A DNA stretch of 64,000 bases from Planctomycetota bacterium (GTDB taxonomy: Bacteria; Planctomycetota; UBA8108; SXIK01), in assembly GCA_965223265.1 (NCBI GenBank), contig OZ244999.1, forward strand, positions 6,016,001 through 6,080,000, in the 5' to 3' direction. The notes under the pieces are model-generated. The model was not told the origin of the DNA, ran no database searches, and worked only from the letters and a program-made list of their open reading frames with translations. Position numbers and translations under genes: made by a program. Shown piece after piece: positions 10,442-21,256 of the stretch (the first letter of the stretch is position 1; every line of letters begins with the position of its first letter).

Positions 10442-10987
10442 ATGAACGAACCAGCGCGCCGGGCACGGCCAGGACCGTCACGTGCTCTCTCACCAGAAGC
10501 CCCCGTGCTGAGACAACTGCTTCGGTTTACCTCATTTGCAGCGACGTTCGTGAGTATCGTTGTGGCATTTTTGTATTTGGTCGCGTTCGGCGCGCAAGCG
10601 TTAACAGCGGAAAGGTTATTCGCAAAGTCTCTCTTTCAGCTCAGCTCGATGGTCGAGCTATCCGCGCCAGGCTGGGCGAATCTCTATGATGTGGCGATCC
10701 TCGCCGTATTGTCGCTCTTTCTCTTCGGTCTCAGCGGCTGGCTCTTCTGCCGATCGTTGACGCTACTCCAGATCGCCGTGATCGCCGCCGCGGTCTTTGC
10801 AACTATGAACGTCGTTTCGGTTCTCGTTTCCGTCAGACTCGGGCACTCCGCGGCATTTTACGAGCACTACGTCGGTGAACTCGTCAGCATTGCCGCGTTC
10901 TCGGCCGTGACAATCACATCGTCTCACTGGGGTCGTAGCGGCGGGAACGAGAGTGGTGACAGAAAAAATGCTGATGCCGAGACGTAG
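10442..10987 (+). CDS. Hypothetical multi-pass membrane protein
   Basis: About four hydrophobic segments; start uncertain. Confidence 0.55.
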   Translation: MNEPARRARPGPSRALSPEAPVLRQLLRFTSFAATFVSIVVAFLYLVAFGAQALTAERLFAKSLFQLSSMVELSAPGWANLYDVAILAVLSLFLFGLSGWLFCRSLTLLQIAVIAAAVFATMNVVSVLVSVRLGHSAAFYEHYVGELVSIAAFSAVTITSSHWGRSGGNESGDRKNADAET

Positions 10988-11244
10988 TCACGAGAGCGCG
11001 AGTCAGGAACGGGAAGCTGCAACATCACATATGGGGGATCTTCGAACACACGGGCTGGAGACGGGTGCGGAAGCCCACGAAAAAACGACACGTCACGTAG
11101 GTCTCGAGGCCACGACAAGACGAATTGTTTTGTCGACGCCGATCCACGATCATCGCGAGAGTGGATTCCTCGAGGATCTGGAGCACCCCGACTACTGTTT
11201 CTCTGAACGGCTCTTTCTTACGAACGGACGCAGAAGAAACACTC

Positions 11245-11949
11245 GTGAAACCAAAACAGAAGTGGTGTCTGGCAGCGGGGATCGTCGCTGCAGCGCTCGT
11301 GCTGAGCTTCCTGCTCTCCACGGACCACCTGCAAAGGCATTACTACCTTTACCGGCTGAAATCGGGCTCTCCCGAGTTTCTGAGCACGCTGATGGAGCAG
11401 CCCGAGGGAACTGCGGCGCGTCGAGCGGTCGAACAATTCGTCGCCAGCGCCGAGGGAAGGCAGCAACTTCTTTCTCTGGTCGTGGAGGATCTCGATGGCG
11501 TGCTGATCCAACCTCGAGGCGGGAAGCCGGGTACGATCACACTCAAGGAATACTATCCTCATGCTTTCATCGGCATGCGTTTCCGCGCCGCGAAGGGTTC
11601 CTGGGTGCTCTTCGCCGACCTGCGCCGACCCGGGACGACGCTCCGGGCCTCGATCGCTGCGCACGACCCTTCTTTCGCGAACAGTGAAGCGGTCGCAGCA
11701 GCGTTCGAGGCCATGTGCCGAGCCGCGGGGCCAAACAATGAGATCACCCTCCGGGGATACCCGGAGCATAGGTTCCGCGTCGAGACGTTCGAGGAAGGTT
11801 TGAATCAATACCAGGTGATGCTCGGCGCACACGGTCAATCCATCGAGAACAGCGCCTACTGGTACGAATCTCTCCAAGACTGGCGCGACCTGCTCGAATC
11901 CGGAGAGCTCAAGCCGTGGGTAGTGCTTGCGAAAAAAGTCGAGCAGTGA
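11245..11949 (+). CDS. Hypothetical protein with N-terminal membrane anchor
   Basis: GTG start, basic N-terminus plus TM helix, then 'RHYYLYRL'. Confidence 0.6.
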   Translation: MKPKQKWCLAAGIVAAALVLSFLLSTDHLQRHYYLYRLKSGSPEFLSTLMEQPEGTAARRAVEQFVASAEGRQQLLSLVVEDLDGVLIQPRGGKPGTITLKEYYPHAFIGMRFRAAKGSWVLFADLRRPGTTLRASIAAHDPSFANSEAVAAAFEAMCRAAGPNNEITLRGYPEHRFRVETFEEGLNQYQVMLGAHGQSIENSAYWYESLQDWRDLLESGELKPWVVLAKKVEQ

Positions 11950-12171
11950 TTCCGGTGCCAGCAAAAGGAGTGACGTCGGAACCACGTCGGCCATGCCGCA
12001 GATCGTTCGCCTTCTTTCTTGAACAGAAGCAAACGGTTGTTCGAGAATCTTTGTACAATGAAGGATGGTATCCCGGGTCACTGGAAATGAGCTCTCGGGA
12101 GCGGGGTTCGATTCGGTTGTGGGCGCCAGCTCTGCAACACATCTAAACATTCATCACCCACGGAGAACTCA

Positions 12172-13473
12172 ATGACTCAGCGCCTCACGCGTCGGCAGAT
12201 GCTGCAAACGACAGCAGCCGCTGGGATCGGTTTTTGGGTCGGGGGAACGCCAGCCGCGGCGTTCTCAGAGAAGTCCGCCAACGAGAAACTGAACATCGCC
12301 GTCGTCGGCATCGGTGGGCGCGGGCGCGCGAACCTGGACGCCGTGGCGCGTGAAGGCAACATCGTTGCCCTTTGCGACGTCGACGACGAGCGCGCTGGCG
12401 ACGCCTACAAGAGCTATCCGAAGGCGAGAAAGTTCTACGACTACCGCCGCATGTTTGACGACTTCGAAAAGTCGATCGATGCTGTTGTCGTCAGCACCCC
12501 TGATCACACTCACTTCCATCCATCGATGGCGGCACTCGAGCTCGGCAAACACGTCTACTGCGAAAAACCCATGGCGCACAACGTCTGGGAGTGCCGCCGC
12601 ATGACAGACCTCGCGCGCGCGAAGAAAGTCGCGACGCAGCTCGGCGTGCAGCGTCATGCCAGGCCGAACGTCCATCGCGTCGTCGAGCTCATCAAGTCGG
12701 GCGTGATCGGCGATGTGAGCGAAGTGCACTGCTGGGTCGAGGGAAATCGCGGCATGCCTGGCGACGCCAAGAAGTTCCCTCCGGTGCCGTCACATTTGAA
12801 GTGGGATCTCTGGTTAGGGCCGACCGCAGAGCGTAGATACAGTCCGGAATACTGTCCGTACCATTGGCGCTTTTGGTGGGACTTCGGTAGCGGCGAAACC
12901 GGCAACTGGGGATGTCATACCCTCGACATCCCGTTTTGGGCGCTGGACCTCAAGCACGCCACGCACTTCGAAGCGAAGGGGCCGCCAGTGCATCCGGAGC
13001 AGACTCCGAAGTCGATGGCGATCAAGATGACGTTCCCTGCGCGCGGGAAACTGTCGCCCGTCGACGTTCACTGGTATCACACGACGAGTGGCCCCGAGAT
13101 CTTCAAGGAGCTCGGCATCGAAAAGTTCGGCAACAGCCTCTTCATTGGCTCAAAAGGCCTGCTCGCCACCGACTTCAAGGAGCACAAGCTCTACCCCGAA
13201 GAGAAGTTCGCGGACTTCGTGGCGCCGAAGCCGTTCGTCCCTGACTCTCCTGGCTTCTACACTGAGTGGGTCCTGGCGGCCAAGGGCGGCGGCATCCCCC
13301 CCACGTGTCACTTTGACTACTCCGGCCCGATGGCCGAGTCCGTCCTTCTCGGTAACGTCGCCTACCGCGCCGGCGAGGGCTTCGACTGGGACGCCGAGGG
13401 CCTCACGGCAAGCAGCTCAAAAGCCCAGGCGTTCATCCGCGAGCCGTACCGCGCCGGTTGGGATCTTTCTTGA
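12172..13473 (+). CDS. Tat-exported Gfo/Idh/MocA oxidoreductase
   Basis: Twin-arginine TRRQML, GIGGRG, STPDHTH, HVYCEKP; GGAG RBS. Confidence 0.93.
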   Translation: MTQRLTRRQMLQTTAAAGIGFWVGGTPAAAFSEKSANEKLNIAVVGIGGRGRANLDAVAREGNIVALCDVDDERAGDAYKSYPKARKFYDYRRMFDDFEKSIDAVVVSTPDHTHFHPSMAALELGKHVYCEKPMAHNVWECRRMTDLARAKKVATQLGVQRHARPNVHRVVELIKSGVIGDVSEVHCWVEGNRGMPGDAKKFPPVPSHLKWDLWLGPTAERRYSPEYCPYHWRFWWDFGSGETGNWGCHTLDIPFWALDLKHATHFEAKGPPVHPEQTPKSMAIKMTFPARGKLSPVDVHWYHTTSGPEIFKELGIEKFGNSLFIGSKGLLATDFKEHKLYPEEKFADFVAPKPFVPDSPGFYTEWVLAAKGGGIPPTCHFDYSGPMAESVLLGNVAYRAGEGFDWDAEGLTASSSKAQAFIREPYRAGWDLS

Positions 13474-13805
13474 TCTGACGGCGATCGCCGAAGAGTCAAG
13501 CCGAGTACTGTGACTCTCGTTGTGTGTTGCGCGCCGTCAGCGCATCGGGGAGCTTCCCCAAGCCCCTGCTCACTCTCGGGACGCTCGAAGATCTGGAGCG
13601 ACCGCGATCATCGTCTACGCTGGTGAGGCCTGGACGTTTTTTCTGAGATTCCGCGTCACAATCCTGATTCTGCGTCCCTATTAGAGTGGAGGGATCGCGA
13701 GCCGCGAGAATTGTAGGCGCCAGGTTCACGTTGGCTCGCTTCTTCGATTTAAGGGGAAGTCGTGGATCGTCGTTTTGATTCATTTCTCATGAGGTAGACA
13801 AAGAC

Positions 13806-14372
13806 ATGCACAGAAGAATGCGACCTACGCTGGTGATGGGCGCTGCGGTTCTTTCCGTCGCGGCGATTGGATTTCTCTCCTCGATCCCGGAGGCCAGCGG
13901 ATTCGACGCCCAGGAGCGCTGCATCCTCGCGGGGACCTGGGTGGGGACTCAGCCTGATGGAGCGAACTTCATGGAGACCTTTGTCCCTGACGTGTCGGGG
14001 AACGTGTCGCAGGTTCACATCAGGGGCAGAGGCGCCAACCCGCTGATTGAACTGTTTCCGGGCGCGCGCGGATCCGAGGCAGGAACCCGTGGCGAGGCCG
14101 TGCGCGTGAGTCCTGATACGTGGCGATACAAGTTGCTCTCGTGGTCGGTCTTCCCCAATGACGACGGCGGAATCAGCGAGATCGCTTACTTCCGCGTCGA
14201 CGAGGGGATCACCGTCCTCACCGACTGCGATACCCAGGAAGCGGTCAACACGATCTCGTTCTTTCTTCCAGAGCAGGATGCCGACGGCGATGGCATCCCG
14301 GACGAGGGCGAAGTGCCGTTCCTTCAGGTTCCCGACCTACAGCTCCCGCCGCTCAAACGCCTGCGCGCCTGA
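13806..14372 (+). CDS. Hypothetical secreted protein
   Basis: GAGG RBS, signal peptide, beta-rich body, DADGDGIPD Ca-binding-like motif. Confidence 0.7.
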   Translation: MHRRMRPTLVMGAAVLSVAAIGFLSSIPEASGFDAQERCILAGTWVGTQPDGANFMETFVPDVSGNVSQVHIRGRGANPLIELFPGARGSEAGTRGEAVRVSPDTWRYKLLSWSVFPNDDGGISEIAYFRVDEGITVLTDCDTQEAVNTISFFLPEQDADGDGIPDEGEVPFLQVPDLQLPPLKRLRA

Positions 14373-14393
14373 CGGTCACGCATTTGGTTAACC

Positions 14394-14429
14394 GCGAAGC
14401 CTTTCCGGGGCGACCCGGGAGGGCTTCGC
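14394..14429 (+). terminator. Stem-loop after 13806-14372
   Basis: GCGAAGCCTTTCCGGG-GCGA-CCCGGGAGGGCTTCGC: 16-bp stem (2 G-U) with GNRA loop; no clear U tract. Confidence 0.5.
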
Positions 14430-14627
14430 TCCTGCGCTCGTTTGCGGCCTGGGCGTCTGCACGGAGTTTTGGGTACAATCTGAAGTGTACGTGACAGTTC
14501 AGACCTTCCTCTCGCAACGTCTTCCCATGCCGTGACTTCTTCGCCTGCAAGATCACCTGGACAATTCCCGAGGTTCTGCCTCAGAACTTTGGGTCCTACC
14601 TCCCGATCTGGGTGAGGTGATTCTCTG

Positions 14628-15251
14628 ATGGACCGACAGGAGCCAACACCCCTGCTCGTCGCGAAAGCCCAAAGGGGCGATCGCGAGGCTTTCGAGCAGC
14701 TCGTCACGCAGTATTGGTCGCGACTGGCGGCCGTGATCCATAGCCTCGTTGGCGGCGGTTTACGCGGCCACTTGGACGTCGAGGACGTCTGCCAGGAGGT
14801 CTCCCTGCGAGCGTTCCAGGCGATCAGCGACTTCTCCTGGCAAGGGTCAGACTCGTTTTTTCGCTGGCTCTCGGTCATCGGCAGAAACGTCGTTCTCGAG
14901 GCGGCGAAGCGGCGACAGAAGGAACAAGACTTGGTGGTGGAGGATCTCCAGAGATCGCCCCGCCAAACAGAGGAGGTCTCGCCGAGCCGGATTCTGCAAC
15001 GGGTGGAACGTTTCGATCGGTTTCAGGAGGCTCTGGGCTGTCTCACTCCCGAGCATCGGGAGGTGATCTCTCTCGCTCGGCTGGAGAAGTTGCCTCTCAA
15101 GGAAGTCGCGACGCGCATGAACCGCTCGCACGCCGCGATTCGACAGCTGCTGCGACGTGCCCTGCAGAGCCTCAAGGAAAAGTTCGGCGACACCGAAAGC
15201 CTGGGTTTAGCGCCTGGCCATCTCGATCGAGAGGCACATCATGGAGACTAA
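14628..15251 (+). CDS. ECF sigma-70 factor
   Basis: GDREAFEQL, DVEDVCQE, region 4 LPLKEVATRMNRSHAAIRQLLRRA; overlaps kinase start. Confidence 0.92.
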   Translation: MDRQEPTPLLVAKAQRGDREAFEQLVTQYWSRLAAVIHSLVGGGLRGHLDVEDVCQEVSLRAFQAISDFSWQGSDSFFRWLSVIGRNVVLEAAKRRQKEQDLVVEDLQRSPRQTEEVSPSRILQRVERFDRFQEALGCLTPEHREVISLARLEKLPLKEVATRMNRSHAAIRQLLRRALQSLKEKFGDTESLGLAPGHLDREAHHGD

Positions 15252-18200
15252 TCCTGGAGATCCTGTGGGCCCGCGCGCTAGCGACGGACAGAGCGGCTCA
15301 TGCAAAGCCGACGAAATCTTCGAAGAGTACGCTGCGCGCATCAACGCCGGTGAGGGCGTCGACTACGATGAAATCCGGAGCGCCTATCCGGAGTTTGCCT
15401 CGGCGTTGATCGAAGACCTGGAGTTGTTCAAGGGACTCGGCAGCGAGGCGGCCGTTCCCGAGGCCTTGGGCGTCCTCGGTGATTACACCCTTCAGCGGCA
15501 GATCGGCCGCGGCGGCATGGGGGTCGTCTATGACGCGTGGCAGAACTCGGTGGGGCGCCGCGTTGCCCTGAAAATGCTGCCGGCCGGGGTGGCGCGTGAA
15601 ACCCGATCGGTGACGCGCTTCATCCGCGAGGCGAAGACGGCGGCGCAGCTCAACCACCCGAGCGTCGTCTCCGTTTTTGGAATGGGCGTCGAGGCAGGCA
15701 CGCCTTACTTCGCCATGGAGTTCGTTGCTGGTAAGACACTGGCGCAGATGCTGAAGAAAATCAAGGAGGCGGAGGATGGAGCCGAGACGGTCTTCGGAGA
15801 TCAATCCGCGGCAGGATACTTCGAGAAGATCGGCAAGACCTTCGCCGACGTTGCGGAAGGCCTTGCGCACGCACACTCCAAGGGCGTGATCCATCGCGAC
15901 ATCAAACCGTCCAACCTGATCCTTGATCGCGAAGGTCGACTGCGCATCCTCGACTTCGGGCTGGCACGACTCGAAGGTCAAGAGAGCCTGACGATCAGCG
16001 GCGACGTGGTCGGCACACCATCCTACATGAGCCCCGAGCAGGCACGGGCGAAGAAGATTCCGATCGACCACCGCAGCGACGTCTACTCTCTCGGCGCGAC
16101 GCTCTACGAAACGCTCACCGGCCAGCCACCCTTCTCCGGCAAGGACCACGCCGACACCATCTCGCAGATCATCGGACGGGATCCTATCGAGCCGCGGAAC
16201 GTGAATCCGAGGGTGCCGAAGGATCTCGAGACGGTCGTGTTGAAATGCCTGCGGAAAGACGCAAACGACCGCTACGGCACCGCGGAAGCACTGGCGCAAG
16301 ACCTCAGGCGTTTTGTGCGCGGGGAGGCAGTCGAGGCGCGGCCCGAGGCGAGCTGGCAACGCTTGGCGAGAAACGTCCGACTCTATCGCCGTACGCTCTT
16401 GGCAACCGCGGCGGCGTCTCTCCTCGTCGTCGTGGGATTGATCGTCGCCAACGGTGTGGTCGCACGAGCCAGGGATCAGGCGCGTTACGACCACTACGTG
16501 ACCGCTGTACGACTGGCCGGCGAGGATTGGAGGACGGGCAACTTCATCAGATTCACTGAGCTTCTCCGGGAGCAAATTCCCCAGTCAAATACGGCGCTAG
16601 ATTTTCGGGGCTGGGAATGGCACTACCTCGACTCTCTGCGCGGTGGCGAGCTACTCAGCATGGAGGCCACCGACCCTCGGCAGGTCGCCTGGAGCTCGGA
16701 TGGACAGCGCCTCGCCGCGGGAAGCACGGATGGGATCGTGAGAATCTGGAGAGTGAGCCCGGCGGGCGAACGAGCCGAGCTGGAGCACGCGCTCAGGCAC
16801 GAGGGCAAGCTCGCGGCCATCGCGTGGGAGCCCAGCGGCGAGCGGCTTGCCGTCGGCCTGAAGACGGGAGTTGTGACTCTGTGGGACCTCGCCGCCGACG
16901 AACGACTCGATTTGGCTGGCCACCGCGAACAACGGCTGGCCCTCGCCCTCGACTGGAGTCGGGACGGTCGCCTGGCCGTGGGCTGCCGGAGCGGCGCCGT
17001 GCTCGTTTGGAATGCGGACACGGGAGAACTGGAGCGGAGCTTTGACCTCGCCAACTTCGAATCGTTCTATCGGCTCTGGTCGCTCGCGCTGTGCCCTGAC
17101 GGCCGTCAGATCGCTTTCGGGATCCAAACCGTCGGTCAAGGCGGACAGATTCTGGTTGGAGAAACGGACGGTGCGGATTTCCAGCGCATCTCGGCGCATC
17201 GTTTTCTGGTCAAGGCTCTATCCTGGAGCCCCGATGGCGGCAGGCTCGCCTCCGGGGGCTACGGCGGCGCCGTCACAATCTGGAACGCTGAAAGCTGGAA
17301 TGAGCACGTGCTCCTGGACGGACACGATGGCATCGTTTATTCGCTGGCTTTCGGAGCCGACGGAAAGAAGCTTGCCTCGGGCGGTGCCGACAGCGCTGTG
17401 AAGATCTGGAGCGTGGAGGCAGATGAGGCCCCGCTCGTCTTCCGCGGTCATACCGGGCAGGTGCGCTCCGTCGCCTGGCATCCCAATCTCCGTCTGCTGG
17501 CCTCAGGGAGCTCGGACGGCAGTGTCAAGCTCTGGGACCCGGCTCGCGAACCCGATGCGATCGTCCTGAAAGACCTCGCGGATCCGTTCGTCTTTAGTCC
17601 AGACGGACAGTTCATCGCGGGAAACAAGGACCTACGGACTGGTCTGGTGAGGATTCTCGACACGTCGACGTTTGAGGAGCTTCAGACTCTCGACACCGCG
17701 GGAGAGTGGCCACCAACTCTGACCTTCAGCCCCGACACCCGCTTCCTTGCGGTCGGCAGCCAGACAACGGGGGACGTCGTGATCTGGGATTGGAGGCAGG
17801 GTGTCGTTGAGAGGCGGTTCCAGGCGCACAAGCGGACACGGTCGATCGACTGGCATCCCGGTGGCCGAGTTCTCGCCACGGGAGGCCGGGACGGGAGGGG
17901 TAGAATCTGGGACGCCGAAACCGGAAGAAAGCTCTGCGATCTGCCGATGGATTCGGAAGTGCTTTCTGTCCTCTGGAGCCCCAATGGAGCTCTACTCGCC
18001 ACGGCGGGCTACCGACAGGAAGTGATCGTCTGGAACGGTCACGGCCGCGTAGTCAAACGGCTCGATCGACATCCGGGTCAACACACCGAAGGCATGCAGG
18101 GGCAGTACTCTCTGGCGTGGAGTCCCGGGGGCGAGCGCCTCGCCGCGGTGAGCTCGGAGGGAGCGCTGGTCGTCTGGGAGACACGTGGCTGGATGGAGAT

Positions 18201-18462
18201 CGTCAGGGAGCGCGGGCACCTCTCGCAAGCCCGGTGCATCGACTGGAGCCCGGACGGCAGACGCCTCGTGACTGGCGGCGAGGACGGCAACGTCAAAGTC
18301 TGGGATGCGATAACGGGTGAGGAGCTCCTAACGCTGTACGGGCCGCGACTCATTTACTCCGTCGCTTGGACGCCGGACGGCCGAAGGTTTGCCGCGACGC
18401 ACGAAGACGGGATACGCGTCTACGAGGCGCCGGGCTACGAATCGGGCCACCCGGAGAAATAG
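15241..18462 (+). CDS. Ser/Thr protein kinase with TM helix and WD40 repeats
   Basis: GRGGMGVVY, VALK, HRDIKPSN, DFG, GTPSYMSPEQ; TM; many WSPDG..LA.G..D..V.IW repeats. Confidence 0.95.
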   Translation: METNPGDPVGPRASDGQSGSCKADEIFEEYAARINAGEGVDYDEIRSAYPEFASALIEDLELFKGLGSEAAVPEALGVLGDYTLQRQIGRGGMGVVYDAWQNSVGRRVALKMLPAGVARETRSVTRFIREAKTAAQLNHPSVVSVFGMGVEAGTPYFAMEFVAGKTLAQMLKKIKEAEDGAETVFGDQSAAGYFEKIGKTFADVAEGLAHAHSKGVIHRDIKPSNLILDREGRLRILDFGLARLEGQESLTISGDVVGTPSYMSPEQARAKKIPIDHRSDVYSLGATLYETLTGQPPFSGKDHADTISQIIGRDPIEPRNVNPRVPKDLETVVLKCLRKDANDRYGTAEALAQDLRRFVRGEAVEARPEASWQRLARNVRLYRRTLLATAAASLLVVVGLIVANGVVARARDQARYDHYVTAVRLAGEDWRTGNFIRFTELLREQIPQSNTALDFRGWEWHYLDSLRGGELLSMEATDPRQVAWSSDGQRLAAGSTDGIVRIWRVSPAGERAELEHALRHEGKLAAIAWEPSGERLAVGLKTGVVTLWDLAADERLDLAGHREQRLALALDWSRDGRLAVGCRSGAVLVWNADTGELERSFDLANFESFYRLWSLALCPDGRQIAFGIQTVGQGGQILVGETDGADFQRISAHRFLVKALSWSPDGGRLASGGYGGAVTIWNAESWNEHVLLDGHDGIVYSLAFGADGKKLASGGADSAVKIWSVEADEAPLVFRGHTGQVRSVAWHPNLRLLASGSSDGSVKLWDPAREPDAIVLKDLADPFVFSPDGQFIAGNKDLRTGLVRILDTSTFEELQTLDTAGEWPPTLTFSPDTRFLAVGSQTTGDVVIWDWRQGVVERRFQAHKRTRSIDWHPGGRVLATGGRDGRGRIWDAETGRKLCDLPMDSEVLSVLWSPNGALLATAGYRQEVIVWNGHGRVVKRLDRHPGQHTEGMQGQYSLAWSPGGERLAAVSSEGALVVWETRGWMEIVRERGHLSQARCIDWSPDGRRLVTGGEDGNVKVWDAITGEELLTLYGPRLIYSVAWTPDGRRFAATHEDGIRVYEAPGYESGHPEK

Positions 18463-18728
18463 ACCGGAGACCGACAACAAGGAATCAAATCGAACAAAGC
18501 GGCCAAGCTCAGTCTCACCAGCCCGGCACCACACGAAAAGACGCTGACTCTGAGACATCGTCGCAAAGATGCGGCAACGAGGGTTTCGTGCATGATTCTT
18601 GCCGCAAGAGTTGAGCAGTGAATCTACGTGTCACGCTGCGAGAGATCGCCGCGCGAAGGCGCTGTCGCACGACGGCGAGCGATGCAGAGGAAAGGCGTCA
18701 GAACATGGAATCCACACCCTTCACTCCC

Positions 18729-20231
18729 TCAGTCTCTTCCGTCGATAAGCGCCGGCAGCTGAACACGCTCGATCACACCCACCTGGGGCGACCAGCTGTG
18801 GATGGCCCGTCGACTCTGCACAACGTCAACCTTCGCCGGTCGGTCGCTGCCGATCCAGATGCAGTAGTCACCGTAGCGGTCGCATGTCGTCTCTACAGTC
18901 TTGCCGCTTTCCAGCGTGACGGCCAACCGGCGAGTGAAGAAATCGTTCGACTCGGCAGGAATGAGCTGACCGGTGAGAAACATTCGGGTATCCACACGGA
19001 TCGTCATTCCGTCGCGTAGGTCATGGAACTGCGCACTCTCTAGGCGCGCCCCTCCTTCCTTCGACAGGATGTACAAGTCCTCATTCATTCCCTCATAGAT
19101 CGTGAGCACGAACTCGCCCTTGGTTTCCTCTTGGTACAGAAACGTATGCTGCAAACCGAAAGCGAGAGTGGCAGCTGCACACGGACGACCTACGAATGCT
19201 GTCAGATCTTCGGCATCCGATAGGTTCGTGTAGCCGAGAAGTGGACGGGTCGTTGACACCGCATAGGTCAGCGGCTCTCCGGAAGCATCGACGATACGAA
19301 CGCCCAGAGACTGCGCCTTACCAAGTATCAGTGACGCGCGGCGGCTCCCATTGACCTCAGCCATGTCAACGATCGCTCTGCCGTAGCGATGGCGCGGAAG
19401 TCTTCTTCCCGTCCAACCAACAATCTCAACATTCCCGTCTGCCGGCAGATCTGCGATTAACAAGTCGCTGGCACCTCGGCACGCCTCCCGGGGAACCTTG
19501 CGCCAGGAGTCGCGGCCGTTCGCGCCGTTCGCCCGGCGATAGTAGACCACCGCGTTGGGTATCGGGCTGCCATCCCGATCGACCACATCAACCGTCAGAA
19601 CTTCATCCGCATCGAGGGTCACGACGGGACTGTCGTCACTCTCCGCGTCGATGTGCGTTCGGTGAGACCCGAAGCTCCCATACCGGATCGCAACTGGGAG
19701 TCGCCGATCATGAAGTCCGTCAAGATGGAACACGCCGTGACGGTCAACTCGTCGGCGACGGCGGTGACGTTCGCTCCGTGGATAGAAAACGATTTCGCCC
19801 GTGATGGGCTGCCCACTCACCGTTTTGACGCGACCAGTTCGCTCGCCAGAAAACGGCCGAAACACCGGTTCGATCTGGACGAGGCGCCGCGGAAAAAAAA
19901 TCACCTTGGTGAACTCGACGCAGTCCTCGTGAGTGAGCACGATCCGAGCCCCCAAAGGAACCGACCTCCGATCGGGCAGAGTGAAAGAGAATCCTCCGTC
20001 CGCCTGAGTTGTCGAGGAACTTAGGAACGAACCGCCACCGGAAACGAACCGCAGCTCGATACGCCCGCCGCGGAGGGGGAACTCCCGGCTGCCGCGAAAC
20101 GCTCGCCCGCGAATGACGGCGTCGGCGCTGTTTCGAGATCCAGGCTGATCCATTGCAGCCTGACAACCGAGGATCTCGAAAAACAGTAAGGCTCCAGAGA
20201 AGCGAGCAACCAGCGGCAAAAGGTGCTTCAT
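18729..20231 (-). CDS. Hypothetical secreted/lipoprotein with carboxypeptidase-regulatory-like domains
   Basis: Start placed at MKHLLPLV (signal-like, ILGC); TQADGGFSF and VVDRDGSPIPNA motifs. Confidence 0.6.
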   Translation of the reverse strand: MKHLLPLVARFSGALLFFEILGCQAAMDQPGSRNSADAVIRGRAFRGSREFPLRGGRIELRFVSGGGSFLSSSTTQADGGFSFTLPDRRSVPLGARIVLTHEDCVEFTKVIFFPRRLVQIEPVFRPFSGERTGRVKTVSGQPITGEIVFYPRSERHRRRRRVDRHGVFHLDGLHDRRLPVAIRYGSFGSHRTHIDAESDDSPVVTLDADEVLTVDVVDRDGSPIPNAVVYYRRANGANGRDSWRKVPREACRGASDLLIADLPADGNVEIVGWTGRRLPRHRYGRAIVDMAEVNGSRRASLILGKAQSLGVRIVDASGEPLTYAVSTTRPLLGYTNLSDAEDLTAFVGRPCAAATLAFGLQHTFLYQEETKGEFVLTIYEGMNEDLYILSKEGGARLESAQFHDLRDGMTIRVDTRMFLTGQLIPAESNDFFTRRLAVTLESGKTVETTCDRYGDYCIWIGSDRPAKVDVVQSRRAIHSWSPQVGVIERVQLPALIDGRD

Positions 20232-20469
20232 GACGTACCGGCGGCGGCAACCAAGGTCCACGCAGCTATGAACGCAGTTCTTCTGGATACTATCGTGTGC
20301 ATCGACCGAACTTGAATCGACCCTTGGCGCCCCCCACAATGACCTGGAGACCACCTCGGATTGTGAGACCCGTTGCTTCTTAACATAACGGCGCCCCGAG
20401 GGGTTGCAACGACACGAGCGAATCAGCCGCACGAGTGAATCATAAGTCCACCCCACGGGGAGCCTTGCC

Positions 20470-21078
20470 ATGCAGAGTGGCTCGCCTGATGCTGATCCAG
20501 AACGGAGTCCGCGCCGATGCGACCCTGTCGGACTGTTGCGTCGCGTCATGCTCGCGGCCGCCTACTGCTCGTTAGGATTGTGGATTCTTCTCTTCGCAGG
20601 GATGAGTTTCACCGTCGCGTTCCTGACGACATTCGTAGTCGAAAACCGGCTCGATGAACGCGTGTGGGTCACCCCCGTCGGCAGGTGGCGGTCGGGTGAC
20701 GACCTGCGATCTCCACTTCCGGTCTCGCACTTCGTCGGCATTGCCGCGGTCCGCTCGTTCGTGCGCGGCGGATACGAGTTGCCGCCAGGCGAGAGCGTCT
20801 CGATCACCTATGATTTCGACGACATCGCACCTACCGAAATTGTTGTCGAAGACGCCACCGGTGGAGTCCACCAGATGGTGGCGGAGGCGGGCGGGCGCCA
20901 CTTCGTCGTGCAAGCCACTACTCTGGCTCCGGCGACGACGCCAGTCTTGAACGCTGCGCGCGACGCGCGGCGATGGTCCCGCGCTGGAGTGATGGAACTC
21001 CTCGTCATCATCCTGCCTTGGCCCACCATCGTCCTGTTGTCGTGGCTCGTGAGGAGGCGGCGACCACACCCACAGTAG
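20470..21078 (+). CDS. Hypothetical membrane protein (two TM helices)
   Basis: Hydrophobic segments near both ends around a beta-rich loop. Confidence 0.6.
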   Translation: MQSGSPDADPERSPRRCDPVGLLRRVMLAAAYCSLGLWILLFAGMSFTVAFLTTFVVENRLDERVWVTPVGRWRSGDDLRSPLPVSHFVGIAAVRSFVRGGYELPPGESVSITYDFDDIAPTEIVVEDATGGVHQMVAEAGGRHFVVQATTLAPATTPVLNAARDARRWSRAGVMELLVIILPWPTIVLLSWLVRRRRPHPQ

Positions 21079-21256
21079 TTTCGATTCACCTTGCTTTCGA
21101 GCATTCGCCGTCGAGGCTGCGGGTTAGAATCAAAGAAGAGAACGCATCAACCTAAGTGATCGACGGACCGGCAAGGCGCTTCACTGGACGAAAACTCTGC
21201 CGCGCCTTCTTGCTAACGGTGAGTCAGGTCATTCGAGCAGAGAGGGACAACCACCG

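Noticed and set aside
12095-12130. GGTTCGATTC T-loop-like motif as tRNA or att
   Set aside because: Flanks do not form a T stem or acceptor end.
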